Shown here piece by piece: positions 1-11,008 of a DNA stretch of 64,000 nt; position 1 is the stretch's first letter; every line of letters starts with the position of its first letter. The position numbers were made by a program, and so were the translations under genes. The notes under the pieces were generated by a model. That model was not told the origin of the DNA, did not search any database, and was given only the letters and a program-made list of their open reading frames with translations. Location: positions 32,001 through 96,000 of the forward strand of contig CAVYQE010000001.1 in the NCBI GenBank assembly GCA_963770565.1, in the 5' to 3' direction. This DNA is from an uncultured Actinomycetota bacterium (GTDB lineage Bacteria; Actinomycetota; Actinomycetes; JAFAQI01).

Positions 1-168
1 GCTGACGCCGCCGAATTGCCGATAATGCTCGGCCACAGCCAGCATCCGCTCGCGCGGCACATTCTTCCCTCGGAGCACGTTTTCCAAAAACGGCAGCACG
101 TCATCCATCCCCTCGGGCCCGCCGAAGGAGACGATCAAGATCGCGTCGTATTGCGTTGAATCCGTCAT
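1..168 (-). CDS. hemH: Ferrochelatase, N-terminal part (runs off window start)
   Basis: Manual translation from ATG at 168: [56 protein letters not shown], the typical ferrochelatase N-terminus (SFGGP...PFL...HY..GG.S). Confidence 0.9.
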   Translation of the reverse strand, partial: MTDSTQYDAILIVSFGGPEGMDDVLPFLENVLRGKNVPRERMLAVAEHYRQFGGVS

Positions 169-537
169 AGCGCCATTGTAAACTTGAATCGCGAACTCGG
201 CACCCCGAGCGCCGGAGTTCGACGACAATTCATCGGCAACCTGCGATTGCGATATGCATCGAGACCGAACCTGTCGAACCAAGGCCTGCACATGGCGATA
301 AGCCCCCCAAGCGATGTCATCGAATCCTTGGAGCCGCTGATTTTCACCGTCCGTGACCGCTGCATGATCTGAGGTTGTGCCGAGCCGGCTCAAGTGCGCA
401 AGTCATTGCCCCACATGGTATTCCGGGTCTTGAGTGGATTCCTCCGGCGGGCAAGCACCAGACTAGGAGATCCCCAGGATTTTCAAGGCATCGCTCAGGC
501 GTTCAAGGGGGGTGGGCAGCGCGGCAGATCGTAGACC

Positions 538-969
538 TAGGCTGTGAAAAATCGGCCCTTCGAGAATTCGAAGGTTTATCCGCTTTTTGTTCCGGTCAGG
601 CATGCGCGGCGTGGTCACCGAGGCTGTTTCGACAGCAATCAACCCCAACGGGGTTACGGCTCTAGCCCAGGGTTGATTGCCGCAGGCAATCTACCCTGGG
701 TTCTAATCGGCGCAACACATTTACAACCCCAACGGGGTTGCGGCCGACGCCGCACGTCGGCGCGGGCCGCAACCCCGTTGGGGTTGTGAAGAAACAGGAT
801 TTGTTGCCTTTCGAACCCAGGGTAGGCCGCTGGCGCGGCCAACCCTGGGCTAGAGCCGTAACCCCATTGGGGTTGAAGCAAAGGCGCGGCAGCGTCCGAT
901 CGCGGAACAAAAACCGACCAAACCGCCGATTCCAATTCGACCTGAAACGGTCATGAATTTCACAGCCAA
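538..969. mobile_element. MITE copy 1 (TIR TAGGCTGTGAAA...TTTCACAGCC) carrying CAACCCCAACGGGGTTG REP-like palindromes
   Basis: Terminal inverted repeats. Direct repeat ATCGTAGACCT at 528-538 and 969-979 (target duplication). A near-empty site exists in the paralogous segment at about 1461-1477. Confidence 0.8.
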
Positions 970-1118
970 TCGTAGACCTCCATCACTCCAGACCGGCAAC
1001 CCGGCCTGCTGGCACCCTTCTCGCCTCCGAAACAGCGCCACGCTTACCAAAAGGGGCGATGCGCGAATCACGAGGATTTTCGCTTCACCCACTCAAAACC
1101 CAGTACAGCCGGTTTTGG

Positions 1119-1166
1119 GAACACTAATCGGCGCTAATTAGCGCTAATTAGCGAGGATTAGCGCTG
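1119..1166. repeat. Palindromic GAACACTAATC...GATTAGTGTTC short-repeat element
   Basis: Inverted arms built of CTAAT/ATTAG 9-10-mers; same family as the 54.4-55.2 kb array. Confidence 0.7.
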
Positions 1167-2062
1167 ATTAGCGAGGATTAGTGTTCCTGATCTGTCATGC
1201 CGCCATGCTTTCTCGCTCTCGGTTTTTCCGTGACCTCGTGTAAAAACTTGGTTGCGGCCTGACGGCTGCCCTATGCAATCTGTGGATGAAAACATTTCCG
1301 AGAATTCCGGTTATTCCGGGTCTTGAGCGGGTTCCTCCAGGATTTTCAAGGCATGGCTCAGGCGTTCAAGGGGGGCGGGCAGCGCGGCTCGTCTCGACGG
1401 TTGGAGGATAGGAATAAGCTCGCAAACCACGGAAAAATGGCCCGACAGCCGGCATTCCGACAGATCGTAGCTCCATCACTCCAGACCGGCAGCCCGGCCT
1501 GCTGGCACCCTTCTCGCCTCCGAAACACCACTACACTTACCACAAGGGGCGATGCGCGAATCCCGAGGATTTTCGTATCACCCACTCAAAACCCGGTACA
1601 GCCGCTCCACAGTCGGATGCGCCGAACCGGTCACAGTTTGTGACCAGTTCGAGTCGCCGGGGCGCCGCGTATCGCCCCTGGGCGTTTACGGAGCATGTTG
1701 ATGGACGCCAACGTCCTTCGTAGCGATCGAGCCGTTCGAATGAGTGTGTTTTTGGTGAGGACTTTCGTGCGGCTACGCGAGCAGATCGCCGCGAACCAAG
1801 CGATCGTCAAACGATTGGCTGAAATCGACCGGACGCTGCTCGCCCACGATAGGCCCTGCGGGATCTTTATCAAAAGCTCTTGCCGCTACTGCAGCCGCCG
1901 CCTCAGCCGCCGCGCCGCCGTATCGGCTTCGGCGCGGCAGCCGGAGGTGACGGCTGAACCGACGACCCGAATCCCCCAAAATTCGAAATCCAAACACAAT
2001 TGCCGGGCACTGCTGTCTGCGGTAAAATTGGGAAAAATGGGCTCATCCACGGAGACGCCGAC

Positions 2063-2317
2063 ATGGACACATTCCCTCCCGATCTTGAAGCCTATGTCCA
2101 ATCCAAGCTCGCGACCGGTCAGTTCGGCTCGCGCGATGAGTTTGCGGCCGAGGCAGTCCGCGTCTACCGCGATCTCGAATCCAGCCGCAGCAAATTCAAG
2201 TCCGACGTCGAGGCCGCTATCGACGAGGCGAATCGCGGACTGGCCGCACCGCTCGATATCGACGCCATCAAGGCCGAATTGATCGCCGAACTCGCTCCCG
2301 ACGGGCTACTGCTCTGA
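2063..2317 (+). CDS. ParD-like (CC2985-type ribbon-helix-helix) antitoxin
   Basis: MDTFPPDLEAYVQSKLATGQFGSRDEFAAEAVR...PLDIDAIKAE; GGAG SD at 2051; TGATG overlap with a 14-codon stub downstream. Confidence 0.75.
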   Translation: MDTFPPDLEAYVQSKLATGQFGSRDEFAAEAVRVYRDLESSRSKFKSDVEAAIDEANRGLAAPLDIDAIKAELIAELAPDGLLL

Positions 2318-2372
2318 TGGCCCGCAGCCGCGACGTTCCGGCGATCTGGCAAAACGAGTAGATCATAGCGGT

Positions 2373-3524
2373 TCAACGTTCGTTTCCCGCCGCTTGCCGC
2401 ACCGGCTCGGGCAGTTCGTAGCCATAGCGCCGCAAATACTCGGCGCAGCGGCTGCGAATCTTGTCGATCAAGCGATCTTCCAGATCCCATTTGTTCGGTC
2501 GATAGCTCTTCACGCCGTCGAGATATTTCGCGACCGCGGGCCGCGCCGTTTCGAAATCGCCGAGTTTCAGCCGCTGATAGATCGCCTCAAGCTGAGGCAG
2601 CGGATCGGCCACGAGGTCTTCGTAGCGCAGTTCGTAGAAGTTCTCGTCGGGGATCAAGGCCCGCTCTTGCTCGAATCGCTCGTACATCAGTTCGAACATC
2701 TCGAACACGTGCTCTTCCAGCGGCCGTTCGCGGCGAATTTGCAGCGACACGGCGTCGTTCATCCGCGTCCACGTGCGTATCGCCGAGGGAATCACCGCCC
2801 GCGGATCGCGCACGATGTGGACGAATCGTGCGTCCGGATAAAGCTCGAGCAGCATCCGCACACGAGCCGTATGGCCGGGTGATTTGCAAACGATCCGGGC
2901 CGCCGGGTTTTTCAGATTCTGCCGCCGCATGAACCAGTCCAACGCTGCGAGCCAGCGCCGGCGTTTATCCGCGGGCAGTTTTTGCAGCGTGAGATAATCG
3001 GTGTGAAACGGGCGATTCGGAAATGCCCATTCCAAATACGGCGAACCGACCCCGAGGTTCATCAGCGCGAATTCGTCCTCTTGAGGCCGCTCGAAGCCGA
3101 ACGCCATTTCGTCCATCGGCCGCGTCTTGGGAATCATCCACCCCAGCCAACGGCCGAGCAATCGCGCGGAGAGCAAAAAATGCCGCGGGGCCATGCAGTC
3201 GTAGGTCGTGGGATAGATGAATCGCGGGTCTTGCACGAGCAATTCGTGCAACAGCGTCGTGCCGGTCCGCCAATGTCCCAGGACGAACAGCGGCGGATGC
3301 GTCAGGGGAGTGCGGCGGCGCTGCCGGCCGTAAACCGCTTCGCTGCTCCAGGCCAGCGCCAGATTGAACCAGGCGACGATCGAAATGACGATCGCCATCG
3401 GAATCCGCGTCGGCGAGACGGCGAATCGATTGTCGGCCAGCAGCTTGAACCAAACGCCCGGCGTCATCCCATGCCACGGGCGCGGCGTCCGCATCGGCAG
3501 CGTTGTTCTCTTTTCTTTGCTCAT
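2373..3524 (-). CDS. Sulfotransferase family protein
   Basis: PAPS-binding loop LFVLGHWRTGTTLLHELL, KSPGHTAR, FVHIVRDP, LRYEDLVADP; start codon uncertain. Confidence 0.9.
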   Translation of the reverse strand: MSKEKRTTLPMRTPRPWHGMTPGVWFKLLADNRFAVSPTRIPMAIVISIVAWFNLALAWSSEAVYGRQRRRTPLTHPPLFVLGHWRTGTTLLHELLVQDPRFIYPTTYDCMAPRHFLLSARLLGRWLGWMIPKTRPMDEMAFGFERPQEDEFALMNLGVGSPYLEWAFPNRPFHTDYLTLQKLPADKRRRWLAALDWFMRRQNLKNPAARIVCKSPGHTARVRMLLELYPDARFVHIVRDPRAVIPSAIRTWTRMNDAVSLQIRRERPLEEHVFEMFELMYERFEQERALIPDENFYELRYEDLVADPLPQLEAIYQRLKLGDFETARPAVAKYLDGVKSYRPNKWDLEDRLIDKIRSRCAEYLRRYGYELPEPVRQAAGNER

Positions 3525-3883
3525 CTTCCGGTTCAAATTCGAATTGCCAAATCGAGTCGCCGGCGGCAGGGATCGCCGCCAGCGCGTCGGGACCGGCTGA
3601 CGTCGTGCGCCGCTGGGGCGGCCCGACTCGTCGGGTTGCTCCATTCTACCACGAACGGGGATCGCTTCGACCCGGCCGGTTTCCCAATACTTGGATCGGC
3701 GGTTGGCGACCTCCGATTGCCAAACTCCGCCATGCCTTGCCCGGATCGCCCTGCCGTTATTCTCTGCCAACGATCGGCGGAAACCGGGAAAGCTGAATGG
3801 CCCCGACTGGGTTTGGTGCAGCGGCCGCCGCCGGGAGGCCGAGTTGACTAAAGCGCGATGAGATGCGACCCGCCGCGCCCCCC

Positions 3884-4314
3884 TGGGCTGTGCAAAATCA
3901 GCCGTCCGAATGTTCAAAGTTTTTCCGCTTTTTGTTCCGCTCGGGCATGCGCGGCGTGGTCGGCCGAGGCTGTTTCGACAGCAATCAACCCCAACGGGGT
4001 TGCGGCCTCAGCCCAGGGTTGATTGCCGCAGGCAATCTACCCTGGGTTCGAATCGGCGCAACACCCTTTCAACCCCAACGGGGTTGGGGCCGACGTCGCA
4101 CGTCGGCGCAGGCCGCAACCCCGTTGGGGTTGTGAAGAAACAGGATTTGTTGCCTTTCGAACCCAGGGTAGGCCGCTGGCGCGGCCAACCCTGGGCTAGA
4201 GCCGTAACCCCGTTGGGGTTGAAGCAAGGCGCGGCAGCGTCTGATCGCGGAACAAAAACCGACCAAACCGCCGATTCCAATTCGACCTGAGACGGTCACA
4301 AATTTCACAGCCTA
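3884..4314. mobile_element. MITE copy 2 (same family and same REP cargo as copy 1)
   Basis: GGGCTGTGCAAAA...TTTCACAGCCTA ends; interior nearly identical to 538-969; target duplication only weakly visible in a C-rich flank. Confidence 0.75.
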
Positions 4315-4427
4315 CCCCGCCCCCCCCTCCCGCCTACGCGTGGCCGTTGCTCCGCCCCCTGGCGGCCGTTGCCCTTGGCGGCGCTCGACTACCACTCCCT
4401 TCCCCGCGACGAGGCCTTACGTTGCCC

Positions 4428-5211
4428 ATGCCTGCCCCCCTGCTGTCGATCTCGGTTGATCTCGAATCCCGTGCGACCAACGGTTCGATCTTTTCGGGCG
4501 AGACTTTGAGCTGGACGATTCGCCGACTGGTCGATTTGCTCACGGCCGAGCGCGTGAGTGCAACTTGGGTGGGCGCGATCCGGCCGGCTCGCAGGAAATC
4601 GGCTGGGCAGTCGAGACCGATTGCGGCCATGAAGCCGGCCTCTTGGCGGGCGAGGATTGGTCGGGGTACGAAAACGGCCGCAGTCGATTCGCCACGCAAT
4701 GCGTGCGCCGGATGCGGCAAGCGGAGCAGGCCCGCATCCCCCTGACGACAGTGGCCATCGCGGGGGGCGCACTGCGCTGCGCATTGGGAATTGCTCGTTC
4801 GCTTGGGGATCTCCGGCATCCTTGCCGATCGGCCGGCAACGATCGCGGCGCTTTCGACCTCGCTCGTCGCCCGGCGGAATCGCTCCCTTGCGATACGGTC
4901 TCTGGCAATTGGCCGACGACCTGCGATTCCAGGGAGCAGGCCGGCTGGGAGAGCGATTTGCCGCTCGCAGCATGTGCCGGGCGATCGATCGGCGGATCGC
5001 GACGGGAGTCGCGGGCCATCTCACGATCGATGCCCCGGCGATCGCCAAGCAATCGAGCACGAAACTCGACAGCTTACGCGACGTGCTGCGCCATATCGCA
5101 CGGCGCGAACGGGAAGGGCAAGTTCAAGCCGGCTCGGTGGCCCAAACCATTGCCCGCTTGGCCGCCCCGCGGCTGAGCCGCGCAGCCCACTCGATCCTCC
5201 GCGCAGCCTGA
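4428..5211 (+). CDS. Hypothetical protein, polysaccharide-deacetylase-like fold (frameshifted)
   Basis: LLSISVDLE...LVDLL..ERVSATW, GHEAGLL and GHLTID pieces spread over three frames. Confidence 0.45.
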
Positions 5212-5264
5212 AAGAGCGCGCGAGGCTGCCCAACACGGCGGCGGGAGCGAGCCGCCGCGCCGCG

Positions 5265-5448
5265 TCAGGTTTGTTCTTTGAACGTGGCCCAGCTCAAGTA
5301 GCCGAGAATGGCCTGCGCAAATGATGGCGCCGATGTCCATGCCCATATTGGCGCGATCGAAGGGAAATTTGATCGCCGCGTCGAGCCCGAACAGGCAAAA
5401 GATCAATAGCGCGATCGCCATCCCGAAAATGGTCAGGGCCTTAGCCAT
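5265..5448 (-). CDS. Small two-helix membrane protein (frameshift)
   Basis: MAKALTIFGMAIALLIFCLFGLDAAIKFPF...MDIGAIICAG continues in another frame as ILGYLSWATFKEQT*. Confidence 0.6.
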
Positions 5449-5703
5449 CAGGTGCTTCCTCGAAGTCGGCAGACACAGCCGTGGTTCAAGCTATTCAGTA
5501 TAGTTGGACGAACGGCAGTGTCACCTGCCTGAATCCCCCATCTTTCCCGGATTGTAGCGGGCCATGATTCGCGGCTCGTCGCGGCCCTACCCACGATTTT
5601 CGGCCCCAGGGCTTGATTTGCTTTAGTCAACAGCTTACATAGCAATTGCTTACGGCAAAGGGGGTTGGCCATCCGAAAGCCGAAAATATCGAAAAAAGTC
5701 GAT

Positions 5704-6861
5704 ATGAACAGCTTAGCACCACTCTCCGACTCGGGTTGGGACGACTTTCGCCGGCAAATGCCGGCCGCCGCCGCTTGGGCCTATTTCGATCATGCGGCCG
5801 TGGCGCCGCTACCCGCCGCCGCTGCCGAGGCGATGATCGCCTGGTGCGGGATTCGGCCGCCCGCGGAGTGCGGGCTGGCTCGACTGGAAAGCCCGCCGAG
5901 AATCGTTGCGGCAGCGGGCCGCGAGCCTGCTCGTGTGCAGCCGGAGGAGATCGCCCTGATCCGCAGCACCACCGAGGGGATCAATCTCGTGGCCGAGGGA
6001 TTCCCTTGGCAGCCGGGCGATAATGTGGTGACGCTGGCCGACGAGTTTCCCTCGAATCTCTATCCGTGGATGAATCAGGCCCGCCGCGGCGTCGAGACGC
6101 GCCGCGTCGCCACCGACGAGGGGCGCGTCGATCTCGATCGGCTCGCCACAGCCTGCGACGAGCGCACCCGGATCGTCGCAATCAGTTGGATCGGCTATGC
6201 CAGCGGCTGGCGCAACGATCCGGCCGCCGTAGCGGAAATCGCCCATCGCCGCGGGGCGCTTCTTTTCCTCGATGCGATCCAAGGACTCGGCGCGTTTCCG
6301 CTCGACGTCGGCCGCGCGGCCGTCGATTTCCTGGCCGCCGACGGGCATAAATGGCTGCTCGGGCCGGAAGGGGCCGGCGTCTTTTTCATTCGCCGCGAGC
6401 ATCTCGAGCGGTTGCAGCCGATCGGCGTGGGGTGGAACAGCGTGGCCCAGGCGTCGGACTTCACGCACATCGAGTTGACCTTCAAGGATTCGGCCGCCCG
6501 CTTCGAGGGAGGCTCGTCGAACATGGTCGGCTTCGCCGGGCTCGACGCCAGCCTGGAACTGCTGCTCCGCTGCGACATCGGGGCGATTTCCCAACGCATT
6601 CTGGCCCTGACCGATCTCGCCTGCCGCCGCTTGGGCGAGGCGGGCGCGATCATCGCCAGCCACCGCGACGATCCAGCCCATGCCTCGGGCATCGTCTCGT
6701 TCGACTTGCCCGGCCGCGATTTGCCCGCCATCCGCCGCCATCTGCAAGACCGCCGGATTCTCCTCAGTTGCCGCGCGGGAAAACTCCGCATCAGCCCTCA
6801 TGCCTATAACAACGCCGACGACATCGAGCGGCTGATCGAGGAGATCGAAAACCTTGGATGA
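5704..6861 (+). CDS. Aminotransferase class V (cysteine desulfurase / selenocysteine lyase-like)
   Basis: YFDHAAVAP, EFPSN, DAIQGLG, PLP-lysine motif DGHKWLLGPEG, RISPHAYN. Confidence 0.9.
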   Translation: MNSLAPLSDSGWDDFRRQMPAAAAWAYFDHAAVAPLPAAAAEAMIAWCGIRPPAECGLARLESPPRIVAAAGREPARVQPEEIALIRSTTEGINLVAEGFPWQPGDNVVTLADEFPSNLYPWMNQARRGVETRRVATDEGRVDLDRLATACDERTRIVAISWIGYASGWRNDPAAVAEIAHRRGALLFLDAIQGLGAFPLDVGRAAVDFLAADGHKWLLGPEGAGVFFIRREHLERLQPIGVGWNSVAQASDFTHIELTFKDSAARFEGGSSNMVGFAGLDASLELLLRCDIGAISQRILALTDLACRRLGEAGAIIASHRDDPAHASGIVSFDLPGRDLPAIRRHLQDRRILLSCRAGKLRISPHAYNNADDIERLIEEIENLG

Positions 6862-6959
6862 ACCCGGGATAATCGAGCAGGGCTCGGCAAGGCCGCCGCG
6901 GCGCTTCGCAATCGCAGGCGGCTCGGCGCGCCGCAGCTCTCGAAGAATCCGATTGCACC

Positions 6960-7245
6960 TTCAGCCATTGCTCATCGACGACCGGCGCCCGGCACTGGCA
7001 GACTGCGCTTGCCAGTGGCACACGGCGCTCGGCGCATGATCGCCTTTCGCTTCCGCGAAAGAATGTGCGCTCTTTCGCGGAGCGAAAGGCGACAATGGCT
7101 CGTCCGGCACGGACAACCGCGCACGTGTGCCACGGGCAAGCAACGTCTGCCCGTGCTGCGCTGCCGCTCGCTCTCTACTCGCCGCTCATCGACAGCCGGC
7201 GCCCCCGGCACTGGCAGACTGCGCTTGCCAGTGCCACCCGCCGGG
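6960..7245. repeat. Cluster of REP-like palindromes
   Basis: CACTGGCAGACTGCGCTTGCCAGTG twice (about 6992 and 7209; also about 32097). TCGCCTTTCGCTTCCGCGAAAG...CTTTCGCGGAGCGAAAGGCGA at about 7040-7093 (also about 34419). GTGCCACGGGCAAGCAACGTCTGCCCGTG at about 7126 (inverse at about 34352). Confidence 0.75.
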
Positions 7246-7248
7246 TGA

Positions 7249-7966
7249 TCAACGACGGGCGTCTCGCTTCGCGTCTTCCATCGGCTTTGATCCGTAAACA
7301 AGCTTTCGAAGCCGCTCCGTTGTCGTATCATCATCGAGGAACTCCACGTCGCCGTTCCAATGCAATACCATAGCCCCACCGTTGTGGCGGCTCGAAATCG
7401 ACAGCAACTTGGACTTGTCAACCCCGAGAACGGCGTCGGTCGCGGCTAGATCCCGGGGCTCCGACCAAGCGATCCGCGAGTTCGAGACCTCGGTGACCGC
7501 GACGGTGTTCCGCAGGTTGCGCTGTCTTCCGCGCCATCGGTTCGTTCCAAACTGTATTTGGCCCGACGATAGCGAGGTAGGAAACCGAAGAGTCACGGCG
7601 GTCCGCGCTGGGGCAGCGGAAGACGCTCGGCATCTCTCCAATCAGGGCTTTGTTGTGCGGTCCGTTCCATGGTTCGTCGAAGCGATACCGTTCGAACAAC
7701 GGTATCTGCCCCAGATACGGTAGTAGTAAAGTACGCCAACTGTGTATAGGTTTTCCGCTGCCATCGACAACATCGGCCGGCGGAAGCATGCCGTGGTCGA
7801 GACGGTAGGCGCGGATAGCCATTCCGATCAGGGCTAGATTTCGCTTGCACCTGTTGCGCGCGTCGTTGTCATCAAGCGGCGAGCGCAGATCGACGACGAT
7901 CAGGCCTACCCATATCGCGGCAGCCGCAACGCCGAGTAATGATCCGATTACAGCAAGCCTTTTCAT
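7249..7966 (-). CDS. DUF1559-domain protein (frameshifted)
   Basis: RNRCKRNLALIGMAIRAY...LPPA...GKPIHSWRTLLLPYL...YRFDEPWNGPHN; C-terminal frame WSEPRDL...SRHNGGAMVLHWNGDV (H-X9-DG-like). Confidence 0.85.
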
Positions 7967-8383
7967 GAGCAACCTGCGAACAGCGAATGAATGCCGTCCT
8001 CGGTATAACTAACACGACGGCAGTGCCATTCCAGACAGTCACCGATTTGGCTATTTGACCAGAGCGTGGGCAATTGGGCAAGTTCGTTGCGAGCGCTGGA
8101 GCGGCGGATTTTAGCGGCGCGATTGGAGTGCGATTCGCCGGCGGCCGAGCCGACGGCGCATCGTGAGCGGATTGAAGGCTGACGCCGGTTCGGGCGACCT
8201 TCCAGCCCGTCACCCTTTGCCCTCGCTTCCCCCTTCGCAATCTGCTCCCCTCGCGACATCCCCGCCATGGCTCGAAATCAGCTCGCCTCCCCTCCCCGCC
8301 GCGCTCAAAACGTGTCTGTCTGGACTGGTTCCCAGATTACGTAGGATGCTCTTCCGCCTTGATTGTGACCCCCTCTAAAATGG

Positions 8384-9205
8384 TTATTCGCCGTCGGCAC
8401 TGTCCGCTTCGGGCAAGATCATACACCCCGGCAGACGCGCACCGAGTTCCTTGAGGCCGCTCTTGGTTATCCGCGTGCGGTAGACCTCAAGTCGCTTCAG
8501 CCGGCGGAGCGAGCAGATGTCGTCGATGCACTTGTCGCTGACCCGATCTCTGTACAAGCCGAGTTCCTCGAGGTTTTCGAACCGACGGAGAACCTTCCCG
8601 GATCGGTCGGTGATCGGTGCATTGAGATCAAGAATGCGCAATGTCCGTTGGCATGCGAGGTATTCAAGCCCGGCGTCGGTTGCTTTGGTTGCCCGCAGCC
8701 GGAGAACCTCCAAATGCTTGAGAGCAGCGAGCCTTTGCATTCCCGAATCGGTGATGTTTGCTCCTCCGATGCCCAGGCCTTTGACCGTGGTGAATCGACA
8801 GATTTCACCGAGAAGTTCGTCTGTGACGCCGTCGTCCATTCGGATACAGGCAATGTCCTGGAAGTAGTCGTCGCCGAGCGCAACGAAGCCACTTGGGCGC
8901 AGGAGGGCCGACGGGCCACTTTTGAGACGTCGGATTGATCGGACTCGCGAGAGGCTCGTAGTTCGGATCATAATAGGGACGATGATTCGTATACGAGGGG
9001 TAGTCAACAAGCACGCGCCATGGATCCGGTTCCCAGTCGTAGGTGATGCGCCCATCGAGTTGGCGAATCTTCTGGGAAAGGCGCGCACACTTCTGCCGTG
9101 CTTCGTGACGATCCCAAGCGACACTCCGATCGCCGTCGTCACCAATAGCAACGTGCGAAGGCTGAATCGCGGCCGCCGCAATCTTCGGATGAATGAACTC
9201 CACAT
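8384..9205 (-). CDS. Leucine-rich-repeat protein with RFSLRTLL N-terminal signature
   Basis: RRPRFSLRTLLLVTT; LRRs ITDSGMQRLAALKHLEVLRL, ATDAGLEYL, TRITKSGLKELGARLPGCMI. Confidence 0.8.
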   Translation of the reverse strand: MWSSFIRRLRRPRFSLRTLLLVTTAIGVSLGIVTKHGRSVRAFPRRFANSMGASPTTGNRIHGACLLTTPRIRIIVPIMIRTTSLSRVRSIRRLKSGPSALLRPSGFVALGDDYFQDIACIRMDDGVTDELLGEICRFTTVKGLGIGGANITDSGMQRLAALKHLEVLRLRATKATDAGLEYLACQRTLRILDLNAPITDRSGKVLRRFENLEELGLYRDRVSDKCIDDICSLRRLKRLEVYRTRITKSGLKELGARLPGCMILPEADSADGE

Positions 9206-9817
9206 GCCGCACCTATCGGCTACGCGCCGGGATTGATCTTGCACGATGCAATTATGTACGACAAGTTCGTCCGGCGCCAATCGCACTGAAAATAAACGTA
9301 GCCGGCGTTCTTGCCTTTCCCCAGGTACTGTTCCAGTGCAAACCAGTTGGGTAATGTACTTCGTCGCGACCCCCGGTTGATCCTGGATCATGATTTGGGG
9401 AAGCGGAGTATTGAAGAATTGGGCGTCGATCACGTCCGTGTCCTTGCCTTTGCCTTTCAGTTGGGCGGCGAAGGCTTTCTTGTCGTATGCAAGAAGGCGA
9501 CCTTCCAGCCCAGCCGCCGTTTTCTTTCGCCTCTCAGCTTCCCGCTCTCCTCCCCTCGCGACATCCCCGCCATGGCTTGAAATCAGCTCGCCGCGCGCTC
9601 CGCGGCGTGGTCAATATGTGACTGTCTGGACTTGTTCCCCCATTACCATCATCCGAAGTCGCCCTAATTCCAAGCTGACGGCCAGCAACTGTGGTTTTTG
9701 ACGTTCTTGCAACGACTTATCACTCGGGACTTATACACCATAACCGTTCCGGTGATCGCCAGCCAATCATTTCAACCACGCAGATCGCATTGTTTTGGGT
9801 ACACCATCGAGCGCTTC

Positions 9818-10554
9818 TCACCTCACCCGCCCGAGCACATGCACAAGCACATTTGACGCTTCGTCAATTGGCTGAAACTGCAGCGAGCCGAATTCGCTAA
9901 TGACATCCAATCCGGCGGCGACGTAAGCGGTCAGAAGTTCATTCCGAGTTACGAGCGCGACACTATACTCTTCACTGGCCACAATCGCGCCGGCAGCGCT
10001 GCGATAGTCCACATGGCACGTAGACGTCTGGCTGATCCAATCCCGAGTACACCTAAACTCTACCACAACCGGCCCAATAGCTGGCATATCAATCAGCTTC
10101 CTGGCGCTCGTAGTTGCTTTTGCCCAATTGTCGAAATCGTGCATAAACTGTACAACAACGATCCGACCGTGTTTTTCTAAAAGCGATCCAGCTGCGATAA
10201 GCGCCGCAATACGATCATTCACACCTATAAACTCGGAAATCACGTTGAACGCAAAAAGCACAAGGTCAAACGGTCCGTCAAGACAGCCAGTTAGAAAATC
10301 GAAGCACTTCACCGTCACGTGTGACGATTTAATCTGTGCGGCGGCATAATCAGCTCGTCCACGATCTTTTTCGATGCCGACTAGGTCGATCTCAGGCAGC
10401 CGTTCGCTAAGTGCCGACAAAAGTCTGCCCGTGCCACAACCAATCTCCAATACACGTCCGCATTCTCGGCTAATCTAGTCAGCGCAGATATGTCGCTTGT
10501 AATGCCCGCCATCCGGCAGGCAAAATAGTCGATGGCATTCGGAGAATGGCTCAC
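9818..10554 (-). CDS. Class I SAM-dependent methyltransferase (frameshift near 5' end)
   Basis: RVLEIGCGTGR motif I, GPFDLV; GTG start at 10554 with GAAAGGAG SD; visibly AT-richer than neighbours. Confidence 0.8.
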
Positions 10555-11008
10555 CGTATCGCTCCTTTCAATCAAATTGCTTCTGGTTAACGACTGTAAC
10601 CGCGAGCCTATTTTTACACCCAGCAAGGCCAACGGATCCAGTTCGGCGTTTCACACTCGTCTGCGATGCTCGTTGTTCGCTCGGTGCGACCACGCCATCC
10701 ACGCATAACAATCGGGCGTAACTCGCATTCCGTGTCCATCTATTCTTACCAAGGTTCCAGACGACGCCATTCCAGACAGTCACCCATTAGACCACGTTGC
10801 AGACGCGAGGCAAGTTTGTTCCGAGCCTGGGAGCGGATGATCGCGGCGGCGCACGGGCCCTTTCAGACCGGACCTTTTCAGACAGTCACTTTGGCACGGT
10901 TTTCTCACACCGGCCCTTGCCTCACCTCCGCAACTTCGTTGAATCGGTGACTGCCTGGAGCTGCTTCTCGTGACTGTCTGGAACTGCTTCACGCTTTCCG
11001 CGCCACGT

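Larger units (their letters stand above)
417..1603 (+). repeat. Duplicated non-coding segment of about 260-290 bp (417-538 + 969-1111 vs 1309-1603)
   Basis: Near-identical blocks CCAGGATTTTCAAGGCAT..GCTCAGGCGTTCAAGGGGGG and CTCCATCACTCCAGACCGGC...CACCCACTCAAAACCC occur in both copies. Confidence 0.85.
292..1957 (+). pseudogene. ORF6N-domain DNA-binding protein, split by about 1.25 kb of repeats and a MITE
   Basis: N-terminal piece [26 protein letters not shown] (292-372). C-terminal piece RSQFVTSSS..YRPWAFTEH / ANVLRSDRAVRMSVFLVRTFVRLREQI.. / LLQPPPQPPRRRIGF (about 1625-1957) carries ORF6N-family motifs. Confidence 0.65.

Noticed and set aside
7249-10990. Classical integron
   Set aside because: No intI gene, and the boundary motifs lack the RYYYAAC...GTTRRRY attC structure.
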